IMG/VR virus record: IMGVR_UViG_3300045988_174698
Strand: one strand, 5' to 3'
DNA: 64,000 nucleotides
Source: a virus
Position numbers and translations under genes: made by a program. This document shows positions 28,673-40,839 of this stretch, in pieces. The first letter of the stretch is position 1. Each line of letters starts with the position of its first letter. Under the pieces are notes generated by a model. That model was not told the DNA's origin. It made no database searches and saw only the letters and a list, made by a program, of their open reading frames with translations.

Positions 28673-29577
28673 ATGTTCAAGTAAAACTCTTTTAATTGCT
28701 GGAAACCCCTAACGTAAAGACGAGGGCAATCAGCAGCCAAGCCGTAACAAAACGGAAGGTTCAACGACTAATATTAATAACTTAATAATTCGACTTTAAT
28801 AGTATGAAACAGTTAAAAACACATTTAAATAAAATAGGAAGAAATTTAATAATTGCTATGTCTATAGGGGATGGGCATATAGCTAAAAAAGGATATTTAG
28901 ATATAAATCATTGTGAAGCTCAGAAAGAGTATTGTTTATGAAAATGGCAACTTTTAAAAGATAATGGAGTTAAAGTTGGCACGTTTAGAGAATGAAAACA
29001 AATAAATGGATATTCTAAAGGTAAAGAAGTAACTAAATATGGATTTCAAACAACAGTACTTGATTTTTGTAAAGTACTTAGACGAGTTGAATATGAGTAC
29101 GGAAAAACTAAATATAATAAAAAGTTACTTAAGCGACTTGGAGCTCAAGGGTTAGCAATATGAATAATGGATGATGGAGCATTACTTCGTAGATCTAAAA
29201 CAAATAAAGATGGAATACGAACATATTCAGGATTTTATATTACAATATCTACGTATTGTCCATTAGAGCAAGCTAATGATATTATAGAATATTTTAATGA
29301 AGAATGAGATATTTATCCGACTAAGGTTTTTGATAAAAGGCAGCAATCCTATATAATTAATTTTTGTGCCAGAGAAGGTAGAAAATTAATAGAAATTATA
29401 AAACCTTATATGTGTCCCCACATGATGTATAAGGTTCTTCCTGATAAAATAGAATGTGAAAACTACATGAAGTTATTAAAAGAAACAGCTGAAACTGCTG
29501 TTGAAGGTACACTAGAAATAGTGGAAATGGAGAGCGCGAAAGCGAAGATATAGTCTGATCTATATAGAAATATATAG
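28673..29577 (+). mobile_element. group I self-splicing intron 1 (905 nt) with a homing-endonuclease ORF
   Basis: Conserved group I P7 elements GGTTCAACGACTA (28758-28770) and AAGATATAGTC (29545-29555). Frame is restored with omega-G at 29577. It contains a LAGLIDADG ORF. Confidence 0.6.
28804..29553 (+). CDS. LAGLIDADG homing endonuclease (double-motif, ~250 aa), intron-encoded
   Basis: Motif 1 LIIAMSIGDGHI; motif 2 LAI-W(TGA)-IMDDGALL; C-terminal PYMCPHMMYKVL resembles I-SceI PYLIPQMMYKLP. The TAG stop lies inside the P7 3' strand. Confidence 0.85.
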
Positions 29578-30260
29578 TTAACACAATTGATAGATAAACA
29601 ATATATCCTTGGCTATTCATTATCATCTAATGGTCGTATTAATACTGATGAAAACTCAGCACCTTATTTACGAGCTGATGCATTAAGAAATAGAGTTGTA
29701 GATGGTGTATTTAGTATTATTCTTAATCCTAGAAACCAAATTAACTTAACAATGCCAGTAACTACTGATCGAATGCAAAGTCTTGCTAAAAGATCTAAAA
29801 TGGGTGAAGCTGCTAAATATATGAGTCCTTACAATCCAGCAAGTAAGTACTTAATGCAGATTCAAAATATGGTTGGTAAAGCAGTTATTGGTAATGTTGC
29901 TACGGCATTAAAAAGTTTCTTTGCCTTAAGCAACGTATATAATACCAAGTTTAGAGAGATTAATGAAGCAATTCAAACTGGTAATTTTGATATAGCTAGA
30001 ACGATGTTAAAAAGATATACATTTATCCATAATGATAGACTAATAACATTAGCTAATGTTAATATGGAAGTATTTGAGAGTCTACCTGAAAATACTCCTG
30101 AAGATATTAGACAAACTCTAGCTCAAGTAATTAGTTATGAGGATGCCTTAGATGATCAATCTATGGTACTTGGAGAACTTTTAAATAGTGCTACTGATTT
30201 TTTCATCAGAAAATTATTGAATAACTTGCCTATATTAATTTTTATTATTATCTTTGCACT
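29578..30260 (+). CDS. exon 2 of the split giant virion gene (~228 aa); the 3' boundary is uncertain
   Basis: Frame-1 protein-like ORF (track 29587..30264) lying between two complete sets of intron P7 elements. It is not HE-like. Confidence 0.5.
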
Positions 30261-31450
30261 ATAGATAAAAATAATTTAAAACAAATTAATATGGCAAAGA
30301 AATTAACAAATGAAGAAGTTGAAAAACTTCATAAAATGTATTTAGAAGGAATGACTTGTGAAGAAATTGGAAAACTTACAGGTCATAAAACAGAAACAGT
30401 ATCTAAATATCTAAAAGAGAATTATGATATAAAGCCTCAAAGAAAAATTGATTTAGTAATTTTATCAAAACTAGCAAAAGAGGGAAAAACAACTAAAGAA
30501 ATGGCAGAATATTTTAATGTACATCCTTCTGCTATATGCTATTGAAAAAAGTATTTTAATGAAGGAGATCTAAAGATTTCGCACCCTTTTTTGCAAGAAG
30601 ATCATCAATTATCTCATCTACAAGAACAAATGATTCTTGGCAGTTTATTAGGAGATATGAACATAGGAAAACCTAGAAAACATCATCCTACTTGTAGATT
30701 ATCCTTAGTACACTCAATTAAACAAAAAGAATTATTTATGAAGAAAGTAGAAATTCTTGGAGAATTTATGAGTAATTATAGAGAATATAGTTATTTAGAT
30801 AATAGAACAAATAAAATATATTCTACTATAAGAGGAAATAGTAAATCTCATAAAGTATTTAATGATATGTATAATAAACTATATATTAATGATATTAAAA
30901 CAATTACTAAAGAATATTTAGATATGATTAATCATCCAATAGCATTAGCTTACTGATTTATGGATGATGGAACGAATTCTGGACAAATAGCTACAAATTG
31001 TTTTTCTTTTGAAGAGGTTAAATTACTATCGAATTGACTAGAAAACAAATTTGGTATTATTACAACAATGCACAAAAATTTAAGAAATTATACTTTATAT
31101 ATAGTTGCTAGCTCTAGATTTGAATTTGATAATTTAATTTCTCCTTATATTATTCCTTCTATGAAATACAAATTAAAATTTTCTGAAATAGCAGAGTCAG
31201 TTAACTCCGTGAAAACGGGAAAGCCCTTAGAGATTTAAATACTAAACTATTATAGTAATATGATAGTGGCTAAGCTAATCACTTAGATATAGTAATAAGT
31301 TTAAATATTGGGTAATCCGTTACTAAGCTTCCTAATAGGAAGAAAGTTCAACGACTATCGAAATGCAGAAATGACAGAGTAGAGTAGAACTTAAGTAAGT
31401 TCGAAGTGCGGAGATCCTGTATAGGATAAGATATAGTCTGAACTCATAGG
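30261..31450 (+). mobile_element. group I self-splicing intron 2 (~1190 nt) with a homing-endonuclease ORF
   Basis: GTTCAACGACTA at 31346-31357 and AAGATATAGTC at 31428-31438. The putative omega-G at 31450 restores frame 0 of the downstream exon. Confidence 0.55.
30291..31238 (+). CDS. I-SceI-like LAGLIDADG homing endonuclease with N-terminal HTH domain (~315 aa)
   Basis: LGSLLGDMNIG (motif 1); ALAY-W(TGA)-FMDDG (motif 2, identical to I-SceI LAYWFMDDGG); LISPYIIPSMKYKL tail. Two in-frame TGAs (30543, 30954). Confidence 0.9.
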
Positions 31451-33761
31451 AAACTATGAGAGAACTTATGGAAACGATAAGTTCGTAACAAAATTGAATG
31501 CAAAGGAATTAATCCTTAAAAAAATTAATGCAGATACAAACTGGGTAGATATTTATACTATTTCTCTTATGTTAGGTGAATCACTAGATGAAATTGGTAA
31601 TTTAATGATTGATGATGATATAACAGAACTAGTAAATGATTTTACTACTAGTATGTTTAGTGATGAACAGAACTATGATAAAGTTCGTTATGTTGCTGAT
31701 AAAGCATATACCTCTGAAGGAGAGAAAAAAGAGAAATATCTACAATTGCTGGATAAAGTTATATCTGCGGATGAAGTACGTATCTTAGGAAAGATACTTA
31801 AAATTAATCAAGGTCTTCCTACAAACACTTCTGATTTATATAGTTATATTAAATCTATTGAAAAATATATAGAAAGTAGGTTTAATAGACAAATACTAGA
31901 AAAACAAGAAGAATATTTAAGAATTGAAAAGGAGTTAGAAAAAACTTGATTAACTCCTGAAAAGAAGGAAATATTAAAAGAGGAACGAAGATTACAAAAA
32001 ATATATCCAGAATTAGAAGAAGGGTCTTCATTATATAATTTCTATAATAAATACAATTTAATATATGAAGATATAAATGGTAATATTAGACATGGAGATT
32101 TAGAAGCCAAACTTGGTAAACCTAAAGAAGCTATAAAGGCTAGACAAGATTACTTTAAGTCTAGAAAAGAAATGGCTAATATCTGGCAATCTTTTGACTT
32201 AGTTAGATTTATTACCGATCCAATCTACAAACAGGAAAGTATTGAAAAATATGAACAAAATAAGGTTAATTTTAATATTTTGGAAGTAATCAGTGCAGTT
32301 CCTCATTTTAGAGAAATGTTTAATGTTCTTGCAATTAACAAAAGTGTTCTTAATAGTTTATCATCTAGAAATAGGTTAGAAGATATAATTCTAAACCAAC
32401 TTAGTAGGAACTTTGCTGGAGTTCGTATGGATGTAAGCAAACCACTAAATAAACTTGAAATTAGAACTATAAAAGATCAGATAGATAAGTATCTTATTAG
32501 ATCTTGGATTATTAGTAAAGGAATTGAAATAAATGTTCCCGCTAGTCCTAAGAATCCAGCTCCTTATATATTAAGATTGGATAATGAAAATAATATTAAC
32601 AAGTTTAGAAGTTATGTTGAAAACTACGCTATTCCTTTATTAAAGGATAAGTTGAAAAATAATAAGTTTGTTCAGCTATTAACTTTTGGACTAAGACAAG
32701 GAGTTCCATTCTATAAGCTACCACTTAACATGGTTCAAGTTGATAACACTCAGAAGACTAGGGCTTTATACGAAGAAGCATTATATGCTTTTAATAACCT
32801 TAATAAGGTCAAAATAACTGGTATAGATATGAACTTAGTGGATATGTTTTATCTATATAACTTAGTTGTTAATCAAGATAAATTTGGTCCTAATTCTATG
32901 ACTAGGATATTTGAAGACTTAGTATCATCTGGTAATGAAGATCTTCTTATATATGATTTTAATAATTGAATTGATAGTCAAAATATTGAAGACTTAGTTA
33001 ACAGATTTAGAACAGAAGAAAATAGTATTAGGTTTAATTTAGTAGAATCAACTCCTATTGTAGATGACACAAATTCTGATATTGGATTTAAAGAAACTCC
33101 TTTAGAAGAGGATATTGAAGAGGCTCAATATGAAGAATTAGCAGATAATCCTGTTAAAGAAAATAATGAAGTAGCTGAATATTATCAAACTAACCCTTCA
33201 ACTAAATCAAAACTTATAACAATAATTAAAGAATCTAATTTAAAAGGACTTCACATAGTTACAGATTCTGATTTAGTTAATGAAGATTCTACTACTAGAA
33301 ATGCTAGGGGATTTGTGAAGAATGGTGAAATCTATATTAATGTAGATAGAGCCGAAGATGATACAGTAGTCCATGAATTTAGCCATTTATATTTAGCAGA
33401 TGCTAAAGTAAATAGTCCTAATGAATACTATTCAGTACTAAGTAGAGTTAGAAATACAGGTACTTGGAAATATATGAGAGAGATACCTGAATATCAAAAT
33501 AAAAGAGGATCTGATTTTGATGAAGAGGTTCTAGCAACTTTAATTGAGCGAGCATATAATGAGGGATTAGGAGGAGCAGATTATGATGTTGCAATAGATG
33601 CTCTGAATCTTACATCTCCAGAATTTAAATCATTTATAAAATCTGATATTCTACCATCATTAGGAGAGACATTAATAGAGAATTATAAGGTATCTCAAAA
33701 GATAGCTACACTTAAAAATAAGCTCATCAAAGATAATATTATTAAAGAGGATTGTAAATAA
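31451..33761 (+). CDS. exon 3 of the split giant virion gene (~770 aa); contains an HExxH zincin-like motif (VVHEFSHLYL, ~33366-33395)
   Basis: Track ORFs 31494.., 32172.. and 33315.. are all frame 0 and joined by TGA; TAA at 33759-33761. Confidence 0.55.
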
Positions 33762-36700
33762 TGGAATGTACATATGAAACTACAATAAACGGTAAGAAGA
33801 TAAAGTTCAGCTCCGAAATGGAGCTGGACAACTTCTTATCAAGTAAATTAGCAGATTATCAAATAAACGAATCAGATTTAACTTTTCAAATTAATCCTAT
33901 AGATAGTACTATAGAGAAGGTAAATGCTATTACAAGTAAAGTTAAAAATGCTTCTATAGAATCTGTAATTATAAATGATGATGGAGATTCAGAAACTATA
34001 CTTAAGATTCCTGACTCAATAGGTACTACTAGATTTATTACATCTAATGGGGATCCTTCTAATATGCAAAAGGAATTAGTTCCTCCTTTTAACTTAAATG
34101 ATTTCTTAAAAAAAGAAAGAGAAAGATTAAGTGCAGAAGGAATGACTAAATCTCAAATTGATTCATATTTAGAAAAGTTACAAAAGTCTTGAACTCAGTT
34201 AACTGATTATGGTACTGAAATACATTCCTTATTTGAAAGTATTATTAATAATACTACATTCAAACCAACTAATTTGAGTGAAGAACAGGTATTACGTTTA
34301 ACTGAAGAATTTAAATCCTTTATTGAAGATATTAAATCTAAATATGGTAAAAATGCTAAAATCTTAACAGAAGTTCCTATAATATCAGATAAAATTCATG
34401 AAGCATATCAATCAGAAGGAATTAAAAGTATTAATGGTAGAATTGATATGCTAGTTATTGACCAGAGAGGATTTGCTCATATTTATGATTTTAAAGTTTC
34501 TAGAAAAGAAGTAGGAATATGAGAGGATACTAGAAACATACAAGGATCAACTACATGGCACTCTACTAAAAAACGTTCTGTGGGGTATCAGTTAGGAATA
34601 TATAAGAATATTCTAGCACAATATGGCATTACTGTAGGAGAAACAAACGTTGTTCCTATTAAAATAGATCCAGAATATAATGAAGATGGAACTATTAATA
34701 AGCTAAATGATGCTTATATTGATTTTACTAAAATAAAAGTAAATCCTAATGCTCCATATACAGAAACTATAAATACTATTCTTCCAGTAAAAACATTACT
34801 TGATGATATTGATCTTATAAACTCAATTCAGGAACCAATGACTAAATTTGTTCCTAATTATGCAGTAGAAACTCAGGTACAGAGAAATACAGTTACTGTG
34901 GATAAATACATTAATAATCCTAGAATTGTACACTATATTGATGACACTGACCCAGAACGAAAGTTTGGAAAATACTGAATTTGGAATAAATATAAGAAGA
35001 ATCGTAAAGTATATGCTAAAACAGAGGAGGAACTCAGAGAAAAAGTACAAGAATTAGTAAATGAAGAAAATAAACATATTCACTCTGAAATGTCTACCTT
35101 AGCGGATACCATTCAACAAATTATTGAAGGATATGGATCCATTGATGACTTAGCTGCTGATAACCCATTTAAGTCTGATTATTGTAAAAAGATATTTAGA
35201 AAATATTTAGTAAAAAAGAGTGAAACTGACTATGGATGAACTTTTCAAAATAATCCTAAATTTATAGCTGCAGGTATATTTGTATTTACTAAGGATGGTA
35301 AAATGGAAATAATATCTGTTACTCATAATGATATTCATTCAGTTGTTAATTTAGGTCTTGGCAAATCTATTCAAGGAGCAACTAAAAAGGATAGTGATAT
35401 TGATAGTCATGTAATAATGCAAGCATCTAACGGTAATATTGACCTTGTTAAAGTTATGTGTTTATTAAATAATATGCCTGAGGTACTTAAAGGATACAAA
35501 GTTAATAAAATAGAATCACATAATATTTGAATTCAAAAAGGTACTGAGACCTATTTAGAAACTCTTTTAGATAATTTTTCTGAATTATGCAGGATACATG
35601 GTATTACCAATAATCTTACATCTCAAAATTTTGCAACAACATTAGAAGCAGCTGTAAATATAATAAGAGATACTGCTGGTGAAGAATTACTATCTCACAT
35701 GGGTAATTGAGAATTTAATTTTAGTCCTAATGATATTGTAAATGGAGTTCCATTCATCTTGCAGAAAATGGAACAACTAAGAAAATTAAAATCTGCAGAT
35801 GGCCTTCGTACTGCTTTAAGAGAAGGCAAATGAAATTTTGATGATCCTATTCAGCTAGCATATATGTTATTAGGCAGAGCACTAAATAAACTTAACGGAT
35901 ACTCTATTTATATTGAACAAGATCCTAAATTGTGAGTAAATTTTTCTAGGGAAGGATGATACACTGGTTCATATGTGAATAGTGCTAGTAACTCTTCTTC
36001 TAAAAATATTCAAACATTAAGTAAAATATTTTCAGTAGCAGAAGCTCATATTAGAAGGAAAGAATTATCATACAAACCTAGGATTAGTAAAGTAGTTAAG
36101 GCTTTATATGAATACAATCACAGAAATAGACTTATTGGAGGTGAGGTTAAGTTTTTTGATAACTTATTTGTTAAGGATACAAACGGTAATATAGATAAAT
36201 CATTTAGACTAAAAAATCCTTCAGATAGTAGTTTGGCTAAGGAAGAATCTGACTTTATTAAGATGTTTCTAGAGATAGTAAATGATTTTAGATTTGATGG
36301 TAATCAAAGTAAAATAGCTAAAGCCATTGAAGACGGTTCTTACTATGAAGTTCCTGTTTCTATGGGAAGTACATCTACTCAAATCCACAATAAAGGATAT
36401 AAACAAGCCTTTACATCTAAATATAATGAAGCTTTAAACTTTCTAAAACTTCTTCCTGAACAAGAGCAACAATTTAGGGAATCAAAAGGAGAGCCAAAGG
36501 TATATAATAAATATAGATTAAATGGACTTAGTAGATCTGATTTAATTGAAAATTATGGGATAGATGGTCTAGAAACTCAACTTGAAGATTTGCTATTAAA
36601 TGTCATCCATACATACACAATGGAAGAAGTAATGAATGAATATCTTCCCAGACTTCAAGGTATTAAGATTGCCTTACAATATCAAACTGGGATGTTTGGA

Positions 36701-38161
36701 GTAGTTACTGATCATGTTTTAGAATATATAGATAAATTTATTGATGCTAACGTTTATAGTAAGCCTATTATGGCTAAAGAATTGCAAGGTGCATATAAGA
36801 TGTTATCTGTAGTTAAATCAATAACAACAGCTACCGCTCTCGGTTTAAATCTTAGATCAGGTATTCGAGAAATGATGCAGGGAATGTGAATACATCTAAG
36901 TAGAACTATGGCAGAAGCTTATGGAAAGGATCAGTTTACTAAAAAAGATGTTGCTAAAGCATGGGCTATTATATTTAAACAAAGTGTTAAAGATATTAAT
37001 ACTTTAACATTAATTGATGCCTTAAATGTGGATTATGGAATGGCTAACGCCGATCCCCATCAAGTCCAAGAGAGACTAAGTTCATCTAAAGCAGGTATTA
37101 AAAATTTAGATTCTGATTCACTATACTTCTTTAATAGAGTACCTGACTCGTATCATAGAATGGGATTATTAATTGCTAAGATGTTGCATGACGGATGTTA
37201 TGAAGCTCATAGTATTGTCAATGACCAACTTATCTATGATTTCAAAAAGGATAAAAGATTTAGTTTATTGTCTGATTCTAAAGCTGATAAGAATTCTATA
37301 GAGTATAAAAAGCAACATGCTTTATATACTGCTATGAGAGAACAGTTTAATAGAGAAGGATGAAATATCCAAGATGGAGATGATTTACCACGGGCTTATA
37401 CTATTCAAGAAGGAACTAGTATTAAATCGTTTGCGGAATTATGCTTTGGGCACTATGATAAAAGTACGCAAATGCTTATGAAACAAATGTTTCTAGGTGC
37501 TATGATTCTACAATTCAGAACATTCCTATCAGCTAAGTTTGAACAGTGGATATTAAAGCCAGATACTTATAATCAAGGTCAATACACTGAAAAATTTGAT
37601 GAAAATGGAGTAAGATATATTCGTATATTTACATTTGATGAAAAAGGAATTCCATCTGTTAGAATCGGTCTTGAAACAGAATTAAAACCTGATGATATTT
37701 GGGAACCTTACATTGAATGGCAAGGCAGATTTATGGAGGGAATTGCATATTCAATAATTAGTTTTGGAAAAACATTATACAAGTTAGATTTTAATGGTTT
37801 TAAAGAACTATGAAAAAATCCAACTAAAAGAGCTAATTTCTATTTATTCTTACATGATATGATCTGAATGTCTATACTTATGTGAATTGTTAAAGCTCTA
37901 TTTTTATCTGAAGAAGAAGATCTTGGACCTGTGGGTCATTTAGTAGGTACTTCATTATATACATCTTTTTCTGACGGGCCAATTACTAATATTATGGCTT
38001 CAATGTTTGGAGATTTAAATCCACCTATGCATAGCATAGTTGTGAACTTATATAGACAAACTTCTGGAATAATTACAGGAGATGTTAATTTATTTGATGC
38101 TGGTGTCAATTCATTTGGAGCATTAAATAGTTTAAAATATATTGGTGATCAGTTAGAATAA
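33761..38161 (+). CDS. giant virion protein (~1467 aa) with N-proximal PD-(D/E)xK (RecB/Cas4-like) nuclease motif
   Basis: Eight track ORFs 33761..38161 are all frame 2 and joined by TGA. 'GRIDMLVIDQRGFAHIYDFKVSRK' matches D...(D/E)xK nuclease motifs II-III (~34430-34510). Confidence 0.55.
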
Positions 38162-38210
38162 AAAAAGAACCCCTTTGTCGTACGCATAGTACAACAAAGG
38201 GGTATTTTAT
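38162..38210. terminator. bidirectional rho-independent terminator between the convergent arms
   Basis: Stem cccctttgt / acaaagggg flanked by an A-run upstream and a T-run downstream. It lies between the + gene ending at 38161 and the - gene ending at 38229. Confidence 0.65.
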
Positions 38211-38228
38211 AAATTTATAGTTAATAGA

Positions 38229-38735
38229 TTACTTGGGAATTAACACCATGTTCATTCTTTTACCTTCCAACTTTGGTTTAGATTCAACTTTAGCAATATC
38301 TTCAAGATCCGTAGTCAAACGTAACAAAAGAGATTCTCCCTGATCTTTAAACATAATTTCTCTACCTTTAAACATTATGTATGCTTTTACTTTAGCTTTT
38401 GAATTGATAAATTCTCTAGCATGTTTTAGTTTAAATTGATAATCATGTTCGTCTGTCTGTGGACCAAATCTTAGTTCTTTAACTATAACTTTCGCTTGAC
38501 CTGCTTTTAAGACTTTTTCCCGTTTTTTCTGTTGGTATAGAAATTTCTGATAATCTTGAAAAATACATACTGATACTTGGTTTTTATTGTTATCAATATA
38601 TACTGATAGTTCAATTAAATCAGTATTAGTATCTACAGCCTTCCTTAAAGCATCAGAAAGAGAAATTAACTCCCCGCTATCTTTTATTCTGATAATCTGA
38701 GAGTTAATTTCATAATTTATAGAGTAATTTTTCAT
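38229..38735 (-). CDS. infC: translation initiation factor IF-3 homolog (full length, both domains)
   Basis: The 168-aa product aligns along its whole length to bacterial IF3: DYQKFLYQQKKREK...KELRFGPQTDEHDYQFKL...FKGREI...VESKPKLEGKRMNMVLIPK vs E. coli DYGKFLYEKSK...KEIKFRPGTDEGDYQVKL...FRGREM...[20 protein letters not shown]. Confidence 0.9.
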   Translation of the reverse strand: MKNYSINYEINSQIIRIKDSGELISLSDALRKAVDTNTDLIELSVYIDNNKNQVSVCIFQDYQKFLYQQKKREKVLKAGQAKVIVKELRFGPQTDEHDYQFKLKHAREFINSKAKVKAYIMFKGREIMFKDQGESLLLRLTTDLEDIAKVESKPKLEGKRMNMVLIPK

Positions 38736-38903
38736 TTACTTCTTTACTTTCTTATCATTATTACATACTGTACAAGTACCTACTCCAGTTTTTTCATTTA
38801 TATTAAAAACTCTTTTAAATTTACCGTAAGTAGTATCTTGAAACTTGTGAACAATATTATTTTGTGCACAGCTGTTACAGTATTTTATTTCTGTATTTGC
38901 CAT
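38736..38903 (-). CDS. small Zn-ribbon protein (55 aa; CNSC...CTVC) immediately upstream of infC (TAA-ATG junction)
   Basis: Hand translation of the minus strand gives MANTEIKYCNSCAQNN...GTCTVCNNDKKVKK. It is below the track size cutoff. Confidence 0.5.
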   Translation of the reverse strand: MANTEIKYCNSCAQNNIVHKFQDTTYGKFKRVFNINEKTGVGTCTVCNNDKKVKK

Positions 38904-38924
38904 TTTTATATATTTTAAAATTAA

Positions 38925-39620
38925 TTATTTAAGTATTTTAGAAGCTAAATCTGAAACTTTATTAAATAGATTCTCGATACTTCCATCATTATTAATGATA
39001 TAATCAAATTTATTATTTTGAAATAGTTCTATTACTTCACTTTCACTACGATGAGACCCTGGAATTTGATTTCTGTCTATATAAATAACTATTCCATTAT
39101 TATTTTTTACTTGTTCATATTCATTAATAAATCTTAAATCTGATATAATAATATTATCTTTATCTAATAAAGTTCTTAGTACTCAGAAGTTATTTCCAAA
39201 ATATTCTCTTATTATTTCAGTTCCAAATATTTGTAAAAGTTGTCTAATACTAATATAATAGTTTGATATAACATTTAACTTTTTTGATTTTATCATTCTG
39301 CTTAGTTGCTTATCTGTGATCATTAGATTATTATCAGGAAAAGCTGTAATATGGATACTCTGTAGGTTAATATATCAATTCTCCTTGAAATCTCTATCAT
39401 TAAATTTTTCAACTGGAACATTAATTAAAACAGATAAAGCTTCCTTCATTGAAGAGGCGAAACTTGTGATTTCATATTTAGATACAATAAAATCATATAC
39501 TAGGCAATACAACCAATATTGTCTCATTCATTTGGGAACTGAAAGACAATATCTTATCATATGGGCAGTTAAATCCTTACCAGAATTTTTAAGCCCAGAA
39601 ATTGCTATAATAGTCTTCAT
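38925..39620 (-). CDS. deoxynucleoside monophosphate kinase (T5 Dmp / T4 gp1-like)
   Basis: Code-4 translation: Walker A AISGLKNSGKDLTA (T5: SGVKRSGKDTTA). C-terminus IINNDGSIENLFNKV resembles T5 ITNDGSLEELFSKI. Two in-frame TGAs. Confidence 0.65.
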
Positions 39621-39623
39621 TAG

Positions 39624-40838
39624 TTATTCAAGTGTAAATTTAGCAGTAAAGTTCATATTAGGATATGAATCCTTAAGGGACCCATTATACACTGAATATA
39701 ACTTTTTTATAATGCTGTCCTTAATAAAGTTTCTAGATAGTTCTTTGTCTTTGCTGTTAGTACTATTTAAGTACAATTTGTCTATTATATAGTTAATAAA
39801 CCCCTCATAAACTTCTTCTTTTTTTATCTCTAAAATAGATAATATATAGTTAAATGACTTAGAATTATAAATGTTAGATTCTTTAATAATTTTCCAATTG
39901 TGTAAGAGATAAATACTAATTATGCATTGGTACTTTTTTATATTATACGAAGATAGAAGCTTTATACCTAAAGTAATATCATCAAGATTAGTAGATAATA
40001 TCATTTTACCTAAGCTTACAACACTATCTTCTGTTAATTCAAGTTGATTATTAGCAACAATTTCATTTAAATCGGAATCATACATAATATCTGAATATTT
40101 TGTTTGTAAATTTTCGATAAATTCAACTTCTTTAATATTAGATAGTAAAACTACAGAACCATAATATATTTGTTTACAATCGTTTGGTAACACAGATCCA
40201 TTTATTAACATAGAGGCCCATCCATATAGTCCTTCAAGATTTGGATCTTTATATTTGTTAAATACAGAGTTGAAATATGAAGATTTATTAGGGTCTAAAA
40301 TCTTATCTATAATATAGTCTATAAAATAATAGCAGTTTTTACTTGAGGAATACAAAATTAAAACGTCCTTAATCTTTTTAGATGATACTAACGATGATAC
40401 TTCATAGGTCTCAAAAGATATTTTATCGCTTATAACAATAGCATCTGCTTTAGATGGGTCTAAGCAACGTTTAATATTAGTTAAACTATTAAGGTTACGT
40501 CGTGGATATTCACTGGTAGGATCAAAATATATCTTTTTTAAGTTAAGTTGACTACTAATTCTATGCTTAGAATTAATTTTATTATTAATACAAGTACTAT
40601 CTCCAAGATATATACCTTTTGCAGTCACAGGTGTAGTAACTATTTTACCATTCTTATAGTATAGATAAGAAGAACTATAAAAATCAGCATTATACCAAAT
40701 ATAACTGTGTTCAGTGTCTCCAAAGTCGTTTAATCATACCAGATCTGTTAAACTAGCATCCTCAACATTAGTATCAAATCTTGTTTTTTGGTTATATATA
40801 ATATATTTTATATTATTTTTATTAATATGTAATAACAT
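39624..40838 (-). CDS. hypothetical protein (~404 aa) adjacent to the MoxR/VWA pair
   Basis: Track ORF 39624..40628 extended upstream through a TGA to an ATG at 40836-40838. Confidence 0.5.
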
Positions 40839-40839
40839 T

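Noticed and set aside
29396-29626. Minus-strand 76-aa ORF
   Set aside because: It lies antisense inside the LAGLIDADG homing endonuclease of intron 1, so it is spurious.
39316-39792. Plus-strand ORF (158 aa) in the early arm
   Set aside because: It lies antisense to the well-supported dNMP kinase gene. Its low-complexity Leu/Ser/Ile composition is typical of reverse-frame artefacts in AT-rich DNA.
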